NCBI GenBank assembly: GCA_000002435.2
Contig: CM018789.1
Length of the DNA stretch: 64,000 bases
Source: Giardia intestinalis
Taxonomy: Eukaryota
Direction: 5' to 3' (one strand)
Part shown: one piece after another, positions 19,090 to 30,877 of the stretch
How the letters are laid out: every line of letters starts with the position of its first letter
How positions within the stretch are numbered: the stretch's first letter is position 1
Position numbers and translations under genes: made by a program
Notes under the pieces: generated by a model
What the model was told of the DNA's origin: nothing
What the model saw: the letters and a program-made list of their open reading frames with translations, nothing else
Database searches by the model: none

Positions 19090-22000
19090 ATGGCCAACCG
19101 CGAGGATTGGTTCAAAGCGGCAGCTAGCGGTGACAGCGCATATATCGCTCAGCATTTGGAGGCTGGGAAGGGGTCGCTGACCGATCGGCAGGAGACGGCT
19201 ATGATGTTCGCGGCCCAGGCCGGCCACGAGGCCGTGGTCCGAATTCTGCTTAATTACGAGACCCTCTACGTCAACCAAGACGGTGACACGGCCCTTATGC
19301 TAGCTGCACGCCAGAATAACGCCACCATCTGCAAACTCCTAGCCACACGAGAGAGGACAATCCTGAATTCTGCAAATCGAGACGCATGCGTAGAAGCCGT
19401 TCTTGCAGGGGCATATCAGGCTTTTACAGTGCTCTACGAGCAAGCAGAACTATCCTCTGATCATAATGGTATGACCGTCTTGGACTATTCTTCAAGGATG
19501 AAGGATTTAAGGTATTTACGTGCTTTGCTTTCACGGAGCGACCTTCCGATAGGTTGTGTTTCAAATACGCTAGCTCTTGCACTCAATGAGCAAAGTCTCC
19601 AGGCTGCTCATCTTTTAGAGGCGTATCTTGCCAATCCTAGAAGCGTATCACCGTCGCGTAAGGCAAGCGTGCCAGCAGAGCCTGCTTCCCCAACAAGATG
19701 TACTTTAGAAGAAGACGATCGCGCTTCCACAAGCCCTCATATGCATGCAATGCCCATAGTTTCTGCTGCCGATGCACGCACCGGAGTCCAAATTCCGGTG
19801 ACCATCCCCTCGACTATCACCCCTCTTGTTGTCGATCCCCCCAGTATTCTAGCAAGCGCGCCCACTTCTGTCCCCTCAGACCCCAATTATACTCCCGCGT
19901 ATGAAGGACTACCCTCTAATGCTAACGACTTAAGAATACAGCTCTTCAATAGGTTATCACTGGAAGGCCTCACACACATTTCGGATGAGACCATATTATT
20001 CTTGGAGGCTCTATGCGATCAAGCCTCTAAGGCTCAGCAGTACAGGGACCAACTTGAAATCGAGATGAATAGCTTTGAACAGGACCGCGCAGCTCTTCTG
20101 CAGCAGCTAGATGACATGCGACTACTTGTCAGCCAATATGCAGAGGAAGAGAGTGCACGTCCAGCTGTCGACTGCTCTGCAGCACAAGTCCAGGCTTACG
20201 AGCCAAAATCCCCAATACATCTGGACATCAATGCGAAGCTGCAGCGAGCAAGAGAAGCATTAAGGCTATCCTATAGAAGGTTAAATATTCGCAAAGCTGA
20301 AGCAGCCACGTACAAGGCCATGAAGGATGTAGCAGTCCATAGTCTAGGGCCGCTTCTGGATGCCTACGGGTTTGTGTCAGCAGTTTCACTCCAGCCCTTC
20401 ATGAAGAACGTACGGGAATTTGAGAAGTATATAGAAACGGCTTTAAGTTCTTCTGAAAAGGTCGAGGAAGTTATACCTCCTTTGATCAAAAAGGGAACTT
20501 GCTGCCTAGAGGATTTAAACGAGATTTTCCTCTCAATATTAGAGTCCACACCTAATGCTTCAGACTTCCTATCTCTCGATGCTCACAGAAAAGGTGCCAT
20601 CAAGCCCTTAGCTGTTGATTTATCCGTTGGGTCGTCTCTCAGCTCGTCATCTCAACGTGTGGTATCGCCCCAAACAAATTCACCACCGGCACGTTTGCAG
20701 CTGTCTGCATATACTGCTGAAAAGGAAAGGGATATGATAGAGAAAATGATTGTTAGCAAGATCACCCCCACTTCTGTTGGTCTTACAGTTACTGACCTCC
20801 ACAACGAACGAGATGGCTCCAGCAGCATGAAGCAGTCTGCAAACGTTGGGACAGATGAACCTGAGAAGCGCTCTATCAACTTGGATACGAGTAACTTACT
20901 TGGATCTGCACGGGCCTCTGCCTCAAAGCGTGAAGATGAGCCATGTGTCGAATGTCAAAGCCTCAAAATACAATTGGCAAAAGTCAGAAATGATCATGTA
21001 ATGATTCAGAATGAGTACATGATCCTAGAGGCGAAGCTCGACGAAGTACAGAAGGCCTCCGTTAGGGAGCTCAGTGATTTGGCTGAGAAGCTATCAGCTA
21101 GCAATGAGACCATCCAGAATCTCAACAATGATCTGGATGCGCTTAAAGATATATCCAACAGAGATCACATCACAATTGCCGACCTGCGTACTCAGCTGGC
21201 CGAGAAACAGCAGGAATTAGATGATGCGCATACAGACTACGAGCTATCAAAGGAAAAGATAACCTCTCTTACGTCGAGACTAGCTGCTCTAGATACCACC
21301 TTTACTGCCCCAACATTTCTCGAGGCAAATAACGGATCATTTAATACTAGGATGTCAGAGGCTATTAAGCAGCCTGACCATGTATCAAAGGATAACTTCT
21401 TCTCGCTCATATCTATGAATGGCGGCTCCAGACGAGAAAGTGATGCATCCGAGCTCTGCATTCAGATAGAATCTCCTCAAGGGCCCAAACGCATTGACTC
21501 TGCAACGTCACCCGGGCATGCAACATCACTTTCAAATGCCCTGGATTCTGATAGTGCCCTTAAATTCGCAACCATTCCTCGCATCCCTGATATGCGGCAA
21601 CGGCCCCATCGGTTGAATACTGACGTCAGTGATGCTACTTCTAGCCAGAACACACATCATACCAACCCGCTGAGAGATTCTGAGGATAATGTCAATACAG
21701 AGACTGTTGCCATGGACATTCAGGCGGTGTTATCGCCCCAGCAGGTTGTTGTTTCTCGTAGCAGAAGTCGGGTCCCTGATGCTGTCCCTCGCGTACCAAC
21801 CGCTTCATCTCGAAAATCTGTTAAGCTCGACTCACTCGAGCAGGATGTTTCTAGATTAACTCAGGAACTAAGGGATGCCAGAGAAGCGGGGAAGGTAGCC
21901 ACAGGAAAACTTCAAGAGATAGGGGCGTTCTCTAGACGAGTGAGTCTCCAATATGGTTGTGTCCCTCCGGAAATGCCTGCTCCTATAGCGGGAGCAGGAA

Positions 22001-25000
22001 TAAATGGATTAGGCGAGTCAATCATCCGAGACATTGTATCTCTGGAAGCAAGGCTTAATCAGGTGAGCCTTTATAACCTGTACGACGAGGAACTCCGGAC
22101 TATCTATGCTGAACTAAAGGTTGGCGGGTATCTTTCGTCTTCAGCTGGAGACTTAGTTCTGGAGGATTTTGTTCGTTCAAGAGGGCTTTCTAAGGCAGTC
22201 TCAATCTCACTCAAAACCGTTTCTGACATGAAAACAGCGTTGGAAAACAAGGACCGGATTCTGTCCGAAATCTCCACCGGTATGAGCGATTTAGATGCAA
22301 TCATCTCATCACAACAGAAGACAATAAGTGAGGATAAAGTGCAAATAGAAGAGTGCACAAAAACACTAGCGGCACAAGAATCTTTAGTGTCTAGCCTCAA
22401 AGTCTACTTACAGGATCTTGGTGCTGCCATTTTCTCTATAGATTCCATAGAAAGGGAAACCGTTGATATGTCTGAGTTTCCTAAAAATGCCTCTGAGATT
22501 TTCACCTGCCTTACATCAACTGTGGAAGCACACTCAGCAATCTGCAAAGAAAATGCGCTAACTGCACAAGAAAAGCTTTGCAAGCTACAAGAGTTATTAG
22601 ACAAGAAGGAAGAGGAGCTTCTATGGATGTCACAAGCATCCAAGAAAAGCGAAGAGACAGTTGCAGCACTCACTACAGAGGTTGCTGCGTTAAAGGACTC
22701 TGAGCGCAATGCAATTTTGCAGGAGAAAAACCTGGCAATATCTCTAGACGAGGCCCTGGAGAAGATCAAAGATTTGGAGCGTATAACAAGTCTTCCTCAA
22801 AAGCCTGATATCAACGTCGAAGCACTACAGTTTGAGGCAAGGCAAGTCGCAGAACAACCTTATCTTAACCTTATCAAACACATCACATCATCTTCAATAT
22901 TCTCTAAAGCTGTCACGCCGAAATCCCTACAAATGTTCAAGGACGCAGATGGTTCTGAAAAGTTGTCGCCCAAGTTGTTGGCCAGCGTCCTTGATGAGCT
23001 ATCACAAGCAGTCACTACCTCTGGAAAAGCCCTTGCAGACATGCGGCGACAGCTGCGTGAGACTACAGAAGACCTCCAAGCAGCGGAAGAAGAAATATCG
23101 CACAAGAACATACGCATTCAGACGCTTGAAAGAGAGATGCAGCGGGCCACTGACCATGTAGCAGAATTGGAGTCCATGCCCACTCCAGAGCCAGCAATTG
23201 ATAGGGAGCTGTACATAGAAAAGGAGCTTTACCTGGCTTTAGAGTCTAAGGTCTCTGGGCTGTCTAAGGAACTTTCTGCGTCCTCACAGCTGACCACTCA
23301 GCTCAAGTCTCAATTGTCGTCCAAAGAAGAGCTTATAACAAACCTACAGACCCGCAATTCATCTCTTCTGACCGCTAAAACGGAGATTGAGGCAACCATT
23401 TCGGACCAGAGGGTGCAGCTTTCTGACTTGGAGTTACAGCTAGCGAATTCAAAACACGACGCGTCTCATTTTAAGACCCTCCTAGAAGACGTTAAGCTGG
23501 AGCTAAGTAACGCAAAAAGCGAGCTTGAAACACGGAAGAAGGAGATTGTATCCACCAAACGAAATGCTGAAAAAGTCTTGGCAGAGACCCATGAAAATCT
23601 ATCCCATGCAGAATCACGGATAATGATATTGACCAAGGAACTCCGTGAGACCCAGGCAGAGATTGAGGACAAGGAAGAGGAGATTGCACGGTTGCACTCC
23701 AAACTTCGGGAACAAAGGGTTTCCCTATCTAAACAAAACGTTGACGCAACCGTTGGAGCTGGAGACCCTGCCGAAGCGGCAAAAGCCAAGCAAGAGATGA
23801 TCCTTAAGTTGGAGATGGCGTTAGACGATCTGAGTAGTAAGACATCCGAATGCAGCAAGAAGACAAAGACCATTGAAACGCTAGAAACACAACTCGCTGA
23901 ACTGACAAATAAAATTGCACTTCTTGAGGTGACCAAGACTGATACTGAGCTCAGATCGGCGCAAACTGCCGATGCATGGAGCAAGCAGACTGATGGTATC
24001 GTTATGCAATGCACTCAGCTAAAGGACTTCCTATCTTCAAGTAATGCAGAAATTCACTCTAAATTTGAGGCAGTCACGAAGAAACTGCTCTACTTCAGCA
24101 TGCATGCGCAGCAATTAGTGTCCCTTCATCACACATTCATTCAGGAGCAAATGGAGCACAAAGCAGAAATAGAAACGCTTCACAAGCAGGAGTCTCTGCT
24201 TAGAAACCTGAGAGCTCAAGATAGCGGCTCCATAAATATGCTGAACACGGAACTAGCCGATGCTAAACGTTACTACTCAGCTCAGCTGGAATATAAAGAC
24301 ATGGAGCTAAATAGTCTTCGCGATCAGTTGTCCGTTAAAAGCAACGAGCATAATGAGTTAGCACTCTCCTTTGTTGCTCTAAAGGAAAGCCTCCAGAAGG
24401 CAGAGTCCCTACGGTTAGAGCAACAGAACATGATCAACGCTGAGGTCAATGCTACCGAAAGTGTTGCAATGCTCAGTGTAGAGGTCGATGCAGCTGCTGA
24501 TGTGACATCTATGAAGAGAACTGAGATAATGCAGTCACCTAACAGAATGGTTAATGCTAGCGTAGAGGTCTGCAATAATGAGGAGATCAATCAGCTGAAA
24601 GTAACAATTCATTCCCTTCAAGAAGAAATTCAAGCGCTCCAGGCAGCGCGAGAAGAACTTGTCAATGAAAAGCAGACGCTGCTACAGCAGAATATCCTCT
24701 ATAAAGAAGAAATATTCACAACTCATACCTTAATTACCAACAAGCTTGAGCCAAATAGTGTGTTACCAACTTCAAACCAGGACCTCTCTGTGATAGCCTT
24801 GGTGCAGCGTATGATCGCTAAAATGAAGAAGCTTGAGGAAGCGTCACTGCAGCCGGTTACCAACTATATTTCTCCAAGTATAGATGCGCCTGCTGTCGAG
24901 GTATCTGGCAATAGAAGAGAGAGACCCACAGGTGATCATCAAAGATCAGAGCCCCGGACCTCGTTGGACACCCTGCCTATAATTTCCAATCTCTTGGCAA

Positions 25001-26232
25001 CCAAGATTGTTGAGGTAGTAGAGCTCAATCGCATTATCAGCGTCAAAAGTGATCAGCTCGAGTGGGTGGCTGACGCTGCCCTCAAGGCGCACTTAAGTGG
25101 CACTGACGTCCGTGATAGAGCAAAGATCCTCCAATTGACGAAAGCTCAGAACATTAAGGTAGACATAGAACAGCATCAAGGTGCCATTCTGACCATTCGA
25201 GATCGTGTTCTGAACTATATCCTATCGTCTCTCCCCGAGAAGCAATTAGAAAGTGGTCAGATAGCAGAGGAGCTGACGCACTTCATTAAGACTTTGGAGG
25301 ATGAGCTCTCTGACACCATGAACACTCACTTACGGACCCTTGCTCAAACAAAAGACTTTGGAATCTCTGCGGTGGATCAGCACGATTCAGCAAACTTTAG
25401 AGGGCGACTTAATAAAGCAATTCAAACTACATCAAACTCACACGAGAATGCAACCCTCCAGGAACTTCACTCGCTGCAGAACGACTTCGATGTCTTGAAT
25501 GTTTCATACTCTAACACCACCGCGGCCCTGAATGAGGCAATGCTCAAGAATCACGAGCTTGAAAGAGAACATTCTGATATTAAAATGGCCTTTCTGGGTC
25601 TTCAGGAAGAAAACAAAAAGCTGTTACAGGAGCAAGAGAGTCTCCATAAAGACATTATCAACCTACGTGCTAACTTCAAGGAAATTCACAACAATAATTC
25701 ACGAAATCGCGCCTCCGATGCTCGTGACTCTGCCTTGCAAGGGAGCACTCACAAGCTTTCACCGTCCATTCCGCCAATCAACGAATCAATCTCTCATGGG
25801 ATAGATCTGTTCACTAGTGTATTTACCAAGGGCTCATTTAACACTCAAGAACTACGGAAGATGGCATTTGAACATGCCGAGCCTATAAGTGACTGCCTGA
25901 AATGGTTAAAGACAGCACGCAGCACTTTTGATCCTACACTCGTCAGCTCTGCACAACGGCCTCTGAATGCCAGCATCGTCGCTGTGACGTCATCTATTTT
26001 AGAATCTAGTATCATTGGGCCTGCTGGGACAGCTGCCTTCAATCTTTCACCCGAGCATATGGTGCGTGACACTTCACTGACAAAATCTCCAAGACCGAAG
26101 GAAACTCCAGTGAAGCTACACTCGTCTTTGACAACCAGTACGCAGGGGAGAAAGAGCGAAGTGTCTCCTAGACCCAGATTTACATCTAGCAGCAATGTAT
26201 CGCGCTCCCAGCGAACCAAGGATACGGCCTGA
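19090..26232 (+). CDS. giant ankyrin-repeat + coiled-coil protein (Giardia 'protein 21.1'/coiled-coil family), 2380 aa
   Basis: The ORF-track start at 19051 is GTG; the first ATG is at 19090 (MANREDWFKAAASGD…). N-terminal ankyrin repeats: 'ETAMMFAAQAGHEAVVRILL…DGDTALMLAARQNNATICKLL'. They are followed by about 2000 aa of heptad-rich Glu/Leu/Lys/Gln sequence typical of coiled coil. Confidence 0.65.
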   Translation: MANREDWFKAAASGDSAYIAQHLEAGKGSLTDRQETAMMFAAQAGHEAVVRILLNYETLYVNQDGDTALMLAARQNNATICKLLATRERTILNSANRDACVEAVLAGAYQAFTVLYEQAELSSDHNGMTVLDYSSRMKDLRYLRALLSRSDLPIGCVSNTLALALNEQSLQAAHLLEAYLANPRSVSPSRKASVPAEPASPTRCTLEEDDRASTSPHMHAMPIVSAADARTGVQIPVTIPSTITPLVVDPPSILASAPTSVPSDPNYTPAYEGLPSNANDLRIQLFNRLSLEGLTHISDETILFLEALCDQASKAQQYRDQLEIEMNSFEQDRAALLQQLDDMRLLVSQYAEEESARPAVDCSAAQVQAYEPKSPIHLDINAKLQRAREALRLSYRRLNIRKAEAATYKAMKDVAVHSLGPLLDAYGFVSAVSLQPFMKNVREFEKYIETALSSSEKVEEVIPPLIKKGTCCLEDLNEIFLSILESTPNASDFLSLDAHRKGAIKPLAVDLSVGSSLSSSSQRVVSPQTNSPPARLQLSAYTAEKERDMIEKMIVSKITPTSVGLTVTDLHNERDGSSSMKQSANVGTDEPEKRSINLDTSNLLGSARASASKREDEPCVECQSLKIQLAKVRNDHVMIQNEYMILEAKLDEVQKASVRELSDLAEKLSASNETIQNLNNDLDALKDISNRDHITIADLRTQLAEKQQELDDAHTDYELSKEKITSLTSRLAALDTTFTAPTFLEANNGSFNTRMSEAIKQPDHVSKDNFFSLISMNGGSRRESDASELCIQIESPQGPKRIDSATSPGHATSLSNALDSDSALKFATIPRIPDMRQRPHRLNTDVSDATSSQNTHHTNPLRDSEDNVNTETVAMDIQAVLSPQQVVVSRSRSRVPDAVPRVPTASSRKSVKLDSLEQDVSRLTQELRDAREAGKVATGKLQEIGAFSRRVSLQYGCVPPEMPAPIAGAGINGLGESIIRDIVSLEARLNQVSLYNLYDEELRTIYAELKVGGYLSSSAGDLVLEDFVRSRGLSKAVSISLKTVSDMKTALENKDRILSEISTGMSDLDAIISSQQKTISEDKVQIEECTKTLAAQESLVSSLKVYLQDLGAAIFSIDSIERETVDMSEFPKNASEIFTCLTSTVEAHSAICKENALTAQEKLCKLQELLDKKEEELLWMSQASKKSEETVAALTTEVAALKDSERNAILQEKNLAISLDEALEKIKDLERITSLPQKPDINVEALQFEARQVAEQPYLNLIKHITSSSIFSKAVTPKSLQMFKDADGSEKLSPKLLASVLDELSQAVTTSGKALADMRRQLRETTEDLQAAEEEISHKNIRIQTLEREMQRATDHVAELESMPTPEPAIDRELYIEKELYLALESKVSGLSKELSASSQLTTQLKSQLSSKEELITNLQTRNSSLLTAKTEIEATISDQRVQLSDLELQLANSKHDASHFKTLLEDVKLELSNAKSELETRKKEIVSTKRNAEKVLAETHENLSHAESRIMILTKELRETQAEIEDKEEEIARLHSKLREQRVSLSKQNVDATVGAGDPAEAAKAKQEMILKLEMALDDLSSKTSECSKKTKTIETLETQLAELTNKIALLEVTKTDTELRSAQTADAWSKQTDGIVMQCTQLKDFLSSSNAEIHSKFEAVTKKLLYFSMHAQQLVSLHHTFIQEQMEHKAEIETLHKQESLLRNLRAQDSGSINMLNTELADAKRYYSAQLEYKDMELNSLRDQLSVKSNEHNELALSFVALKESLQKAESLRLEQQNMINAEVNATESVAMLSVEVDAAADVTSMKRTEIMQSPNRMVNASVEVCNNEEINQLKVTIHSLQEEIQALQAAREELVNEKQTLLQQNILYKEEIFTTHTLITNKLEPNSVLPTSNQDLSVIALVQRMIAKMKKLEEASLQPVTNYISPSIDAPAVEVSGNRRERPTGDHQRSEPRTSLDTLPIISNLLATKIVEVVELNRIISVKSDQLEWVADAALKAHLSGTDVRDRAKILQLTKAQNIKVDIEQHQGAILTIRDRVLNYILSSLPEKQLESGQIAEELTHFIKTLEDELSDTMNTHLRTLAQTKDFGISAVDQHDSANFRGRLNKAIQTTSNSHENATLQELHSLQNDFDVLNVSYSNTTAALNEAMLKNHELEREHSDIKMAFLGLQEENKKLLQEQESLHKDIINLRANFKEIHNNNSRNRASDARDSALQGSTHKLSPSIPPINESISHGIDLFTSVFTKGSFNTQELRKMAFEHAEPISDCLKWLKTARSTFDPTLVSSAQRPLNASIVAVTSSILESSIIGPAGTAAFNLSPEHMVRDTSLTKSPRPKETPVKLHSSLTTSTQGRKSEVSPRPRFTSSSNVSRSQRTKDTA

Positions 26233-26362
26233 AGAGTTTGAAAAAGCACATTGATATTTCAGTTGGTTGATATGATAAGCAAATGTCGAGGATGTAACTA
26301 TACGATTTTAAAACGCCGTCCAGAGAAAGACTCACAGGTTACTCAAAGCTGGGCGGAAAAAA

Positions 26363-29300
26363 ATGGATGCCAGTAAATGGTTCAGTTACGCTCGTTCATG
26401 CAACTATGTTGAGCTAGAGAGGCACATGGATGAATATGCAGGGCAGACGGATGCCGAGGGATCGACTGCGCTTATGATAGTCGCCGAAATGGGGGCCGTG
26501 GAGTGTGTCCGCCTTCTGGCATCGAAGGAGATCTGCATCGTGAATTCTGCGGGTCATACTGCTCTATTTCTCGCAGCTGTCAACGGACACGGTGATGTAG
26601 TGGATATTTTGGGTCCCCTAGAGGCCAAAACGCTAACCAGTAACGGGGAGGACGCTTTGATGTTGGCCGCGCGCACAGGATCTTCTGCGGCGGTTCCTCT
26701 GCTCAGTCCCTACATTGATCTGCTTCCAAACAAAGATGGGCTCACTGCCCTCGAGCTAGCTATCAATAACGACGCCGCTGGCTTCGTTCTTGCTCTAATT
26801 GAGGCCCGATCTCTGCCTCCTTCTACGGTATCTTCAGCCCTTCAATATGCTATTTCTAAACATGCTCAGAGATGTACGGATGTCCTTAAGAGGGCAATGT
26901 CTATTAAAGCAGGGCAGCTGAACATAGGAATTGGTAAGCCTTCTTCCAGAGGACAAGCTCTTCAGCCAATGGCCCCCTTGTCCGATAGTCCTGCGAAAGG
27001 TTATATAGATACTGACGATCCGACCACTATAATGAAAGCGCTGAGCAAGACTGCGCGACCTATGTCTGCCGGGAGCATATATGCAGGAGTGGGTTCTGAC
27101 AGAAACTTTTCCGGTGTTACAGCAGCTGATATGAACATGGTTCGCAGTCAACAACGACCGGCTTCGTCTTCGGCCGCTCGCTACCGAGCTGGCAAAAGCG
27201 TGGCACAAGAGGCGGGTAACGATGTAAGCATGTCTACTGACACTTCTGTCCTGCAACGAGGGCTCGCTGCGGCTCAAAGGAAGATTGCTATGCTGGAAGA
27301 ACAAATACTTGAGCGAAACGTTGCCGACTCTAGGGCTCATCTCAACGAATACGCATTACAGATTAAGCAGCTCACAGATTTGAAGAATAGAAACGCTAAA
27401 ATGTTGGACGACATGCAGAACCATCTGGCAGACGCTATTGCCGCCACGAAGCGAGTGGAGTGCAAGCTCATGGTTGCGGAGAGGCTCGCTGGCGAGAATG
27501 CTGAGTCTGCCATGGAGGCACATAACACTAACGAGATTGCCTTGCGCGATAGCTTGGCATATTTGCAACAACAGCAAGCCTTCATGGAGGCGCGATCAGA
27601 GCGCCAGGGCATACAGCTTGAGTCTCTCTGCGACACATATCACAAGATGTCTGTGCAGCTCGTCAACCTATGGTACCAGTTGCCCCCAAGCAAGAACCCC
27701 ATAAACGTGGTCGAACTTTTGTCAAAACCTGACTTTCTTCCCAGCAAAGACGAGTTGCCGGTTATGGAGAGGTCTGGTACCGTCACAGACGAGCTGTTCA
27801 CTTGGCTTTACCATAAGATCTGCTTGTTGGCTGACAGTCTAGTCATGGTCATCACAGACGCGATACCTATGGTGGAGGCCAGCTCTTTGAATCATGAGAT
27901 GATAACTGGTGCTTCCGAGGCTGCCTTTTATCGCCAGTCCTTAGCAGCTTTGAAGGCAGAGCTGTTGGGCGCCAGGGCTATTATTACTGAAAGAGAAAGC
28001 ATGTTGGAGAAAGAGCGTGCCTCCGTAAAACAGCTTCAACTTAGAATGCAAGAGCTCAGCACTTTTGGACTATCTAATGAGCAGCACGAGCCAGATCTCA
28101 TCGCACGTGCGTTTCAACTTGAAGCGCAATGCACTGACCTTCAAGCAGAGAATATGTCTTTGAAGCAGGATTTGGCTCATCAAGCTGCGCTGCTCAAACA
28201 CTCAGCAAAGAATGTTTCAGCAAGCGATGTGATTACACGCGCAAATGTCAAGATGTACACACAAGACAGCGATTTAGAACGTCTTCTAGCAGAGAAGGAT
28301 ATTGAAATACAGAAGCTTCGTGAAGAGATTGAGATACTAAACGGGCGCTCAAAGACTTTGAAAGGAGATGCTCATGAAGAGCGACAGAAGCTCCTAAACG
28401 AGATCTATTGCCTAAGAGACATCCTTTATGGAGAACAAGGCGAGATTAATGAGGTCTTGAAAGATGCTGCTAGTAATCTCAAAGACCCAGACCTTTCAGA
28501 CCCGTTGGACAATAAGAGACTTATCAAGACTCTTCGGGAAACCGTTATCTCATTGGCACGTACGCTTCGTCAAGAATCCCTGAAGCGGATAACTGTGTCC
28601 CCAGACTCTCTAGAGTTGCAGGACAGAATTTTGGCTCTTGAGCGTGAGAAGACGGCATTGATGAAGGACCAAGCAAAGTTGAGAAAGGATCTACATGCGT
28701 GTGAACAAGGCGCTGAGGAGGCCAGAAGAGCAGCAGAAGCTCAGGACAAACATAATTCCATGACCATTCAGACACTCCGGTCTGATTACGACGGTCTTCA
28801 GAGGAGATGTGCAGAACTCTTAAAGGCCAAAGGCGTTCCTCTTCCAACTGACGCAAGGGGCATCCCGAAATCTGCGACAGACGTTTTGTCTTCTCTCCAC
28901 AATGCTACGGCTTCTGGTGACTTTTTAGGGCCATCATTCACGTCCCTGGTCCTTGACGCAGCGACAGAGCCTCCCAGATATGACCATCATAACTTGATGG
29001 TAACAGAAATGGGGATAGTCGAAAGTGTCTCTGCTACCCGCGGACACTACGCATACACTGTTGCTGCGGTGCAGACCGACCCCTGTGTTATAGACAAGCA
29101 CGCAGAGTCAGTGATCGCTGAGCTGGATCGGAAGAATTTAGAGTTGTCCAAAAAGCTGTTAGGACTGGATCAAGAGCTAAATGATGCTAAACGCGCCCTC
29201 GGAGCCGTTAATGACATTGACCTGAATGGAATGACCCTAAGAGAATACGTAGAAGCACATAAAAAGCAGGATCAATCCCTAACAGAGGCAAAAGCTAAGT

Positions 29301-30877
29301 TGGCTGCACTTCAAAAGTTAGAAAAGGACCATGACAAAACTCTCAATGAGAATCGCACGCTTGAAGCAAAGTGCCAGGAACTGCAAGCAGAGCTGGGGTC
29401 TCTTCGCGCAAGGATCGACAATGCAAGGTCTGAAGATTCAAATAAACTCACCATCAAGTCGACCTCCATAGTCCCAAATGTGGGTAGCACAGGGCAAGCA
29501 CCGTTACCTCTTACCCCTCTTAATGCGAACATACTGGCACAGTCGAGTTCCAAGCCATTGGCAACTTCTATTGCTGATGCTGGCACAGACGATCATACAG
29601 AAGTGCCTCACAGGTCATTCAACTCTAGCATGCTGGTACCATCGTCGCGACTTGGCGAAAGCATGACAAGGACGCGCCCGAGCTCGTCAAAAATGGGCGC
29701 CATGATTAATAATATGGAGCACAATATGTTAGCGATGGCATCGTTGCAGAGTAGTAGAAACGGGTCCAGGGCTAATTCTAGGACAAATTCGCGCTCGAAT
29801 TCTCGTGGTGGAACCCAGTCTCGTCCTCTGTCTGGCTCTGCATTTGGTAGGTCGTCTATGCAGAGCACCGCCAAAATGGATGGAAGCATGGTCAACTCTT
29901 CTACATTGACATCGTCCAATGCACGAATGTACATTCGCTCCAATTCCAACAGAAGGTATAGCTCAACTGCGTTCGGCGGTCCAGGACACATTTCCGAGTT
30001 TTGTGCACGCCCAGAGCGTCCTCGGTCCCCTGCCGCAGTCGCGGCTAATAAGCTCCATTCTAGGGAGGTTGCTCTCAACCTTGGTCCCAACAGTAGGACC
30101 CCCTACTCGACCCCTCTTATGGATGCTGTGGTTCGACGCGACATGTTTGGGGTGGAGTCGGAGATGGGCCACGCAGGGATGCAGAAGACCGATGGTACCA
30201 CTGCTCTCATGCTAGCCATAACGTGTAATTTTCCCGAGGCAATACCGTTACTAATGAATGTGGAAGCAGGCATGAAAAAAGACAACGGAGACACAGCACT
30301 GTCCCTTGCAGTCCGGGCAGAGATGTACGACATTGCTCGTCTCTTAACTCCTAGAGAAGGCTTGGACATCTCTGGCTACTCCAAGGAGAACAATAGGATC
30401 ACGGAGTTAATGGTCGCTGCGGCCAAAAACGACGTGTATACGGTTTGGTGTCTACGCTCGCTACAGGGCGGACTTACTGATCTCAGTGGACGCACAGCCC
30501 TTATGTACGCAGCTAAAAGAAGCGCTGTCAATTGTCTGAAAATACTGGATGCTGAGGTCGGACTTAAGGACAACAACGGGGAGACAGCCCTTATGATGGC
30601 TGCATCGATGGGATTGGTAGAGGTGGTGAAGGTCTTAGCGCCACTGGAGCATTCCATTCAAACACCGGTCCACCATCCTAGTGGCCACAAATGTACGGCG
30701 CTCATGCTTGCGATACTAAACAACCACCTCCATGTTTGCCATTACCTTGCACCTTATGAGGGTGGTCTGAGGGATGAAGATAATCAATCAGCGCTCGACT
30801 ATCTATTGGCCAACAAGAGTGCTGCAGACAGCGACACGTTCCAGCGTGTTAGAGCCCTCCTGATGCAATGTTGTTGA
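26363..30877 (+). CDS. ankyrin–coiled-coil–ankyrin protein (protein 21.1-like), 1504 aa
   Basis: ATG at 26363. N-terminal ANK: 'GSTALMIVAEMGAVECVRLLA…GHTALFLAAVNGHGDVVDIL…GEDALMLAARTGSSAAV'. A long central coiled coil follows. C-terminal ANK block: 'GTTALMLAITCNF…GDTALSLAVRAEMYDIARLL…GRTALMYAAKRSAVNCLKIL…GETALMMAASMGLVEVVKVL'. Confidence 0.65.
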   Translation: MDASKWFSYARSCNYVELERHMDEYAGQTDAEGSTALMIVAEMGAVECVRLLASKEICIVNSAGHTALFLAAVNGHGDVVDILGPLEAKTLTSNGEDALMLAARTGSSAAVPLLSPYIDLLPNKDGLTALELAINNDAAGFVLALIEARSLPPSTVSSALQYAISKHAQRCTDVLKRAMSIKAGQLNIGIGKPSSRGQALQPMAPLSDSPAKGYIDTDDPTTIMKALSKTARPMSAGSIYAGVGSDRNFSGVTAADMNMVRSQQRPASSSAARYRAGKSVAQEAGNDVSMSTDTSVLQRGLAAAQRKIAMLEEQILERNVADSRAHLNEYALQIKQLTDLKNRNAKMLDDMQNHLADAIAATKRVECKLMVAERLAGENAESAMEAHNTNEIALRDSLAYLQQQQAFMEARSERQGIQLESLCDTYHKMSVQLVNLWYQLPPSKNPINVVELLSKPDFLPSKDELPVMERSGTVTDELFTWLYHKICLLADSLVMVITDAIPMVEASSLNHEMITGASEAAFYRQSLAALKAELLGARAIITERESMLEKERASVKQLQLRMQELSTFGLSNEQHEPDLIARAFQLEAQCTDLQAENMSLKQDLAHQAALLKHSAKNVSASDVITRANVKMYTQDSDLERLLAEKDIEIQKLREEIEILNGRSKTLKGDAHEERQKLLNEIYCLRDILYGEQGEINEVLKDAASNLKDPDLSDPLDNKRLIKTLRETVISLARTLRQESLKRITVSPDSLELQDRILALEREKTALMKDQAKLRKDLHACEQGAEEARRAAEAQDKHNSMTIQTLRSDYDGLQRRCAELLKAKGVPLPTDARGIPKSATDVLSSLHNATASGDFLGPSFTSLVLDAATEPPRYDHHNLMVTEMGIVESVSATRGHYAYTVAAVQTDPCVIDKHAESVIAELDRKNLELSKKLLGLDQELNDAKRALGAVNDIDLNGMTLREYVEAHKKQDQSLTEAKAKLAALQKLEKDHDKTLNENRTLEAKCQELQAELGSLRARIDNARSEDSNKLTIKSTSIVPNVGSTGQAPLPLTPLNANILAQSSSKPLATSIADAGTDDHTEVPHRSFNSSMLVPSSRLGESMTRTRPSSSKMGAMINNMEHNMLAMASLQSSRNGSRANSRTNSRSNSRGGTQSRPLSGSAFGRSSMQSTAKMDGSMVNSSTLTSSNARMYIRSNSNRRYSSTAFGGPGHISEFCARPERPRSPAAVAANKLHSREVALNLGPNSRTPYSTPLMDAVVRRDMFGVESEMGHAGMQKTDGTTALMLAITCNFPEAIPLLMNVEAGMKKDNGDTALSLAVRAEMYDIARLLTPREGLDISGYSKENNRITELMVAAAKNDVYTVWCLRSLQGGLTDLSGRTALMYAAKRSAVNCLKILDAEVGLKDNNGETALMMAASMGLVEVVKVLAPLEHSIQTPVHHPSGHKCTALMLAILNNHLHVCHYLAPYEGGLRDEDNQSALDYLLANKSAADSDTFQRVRALLMQCC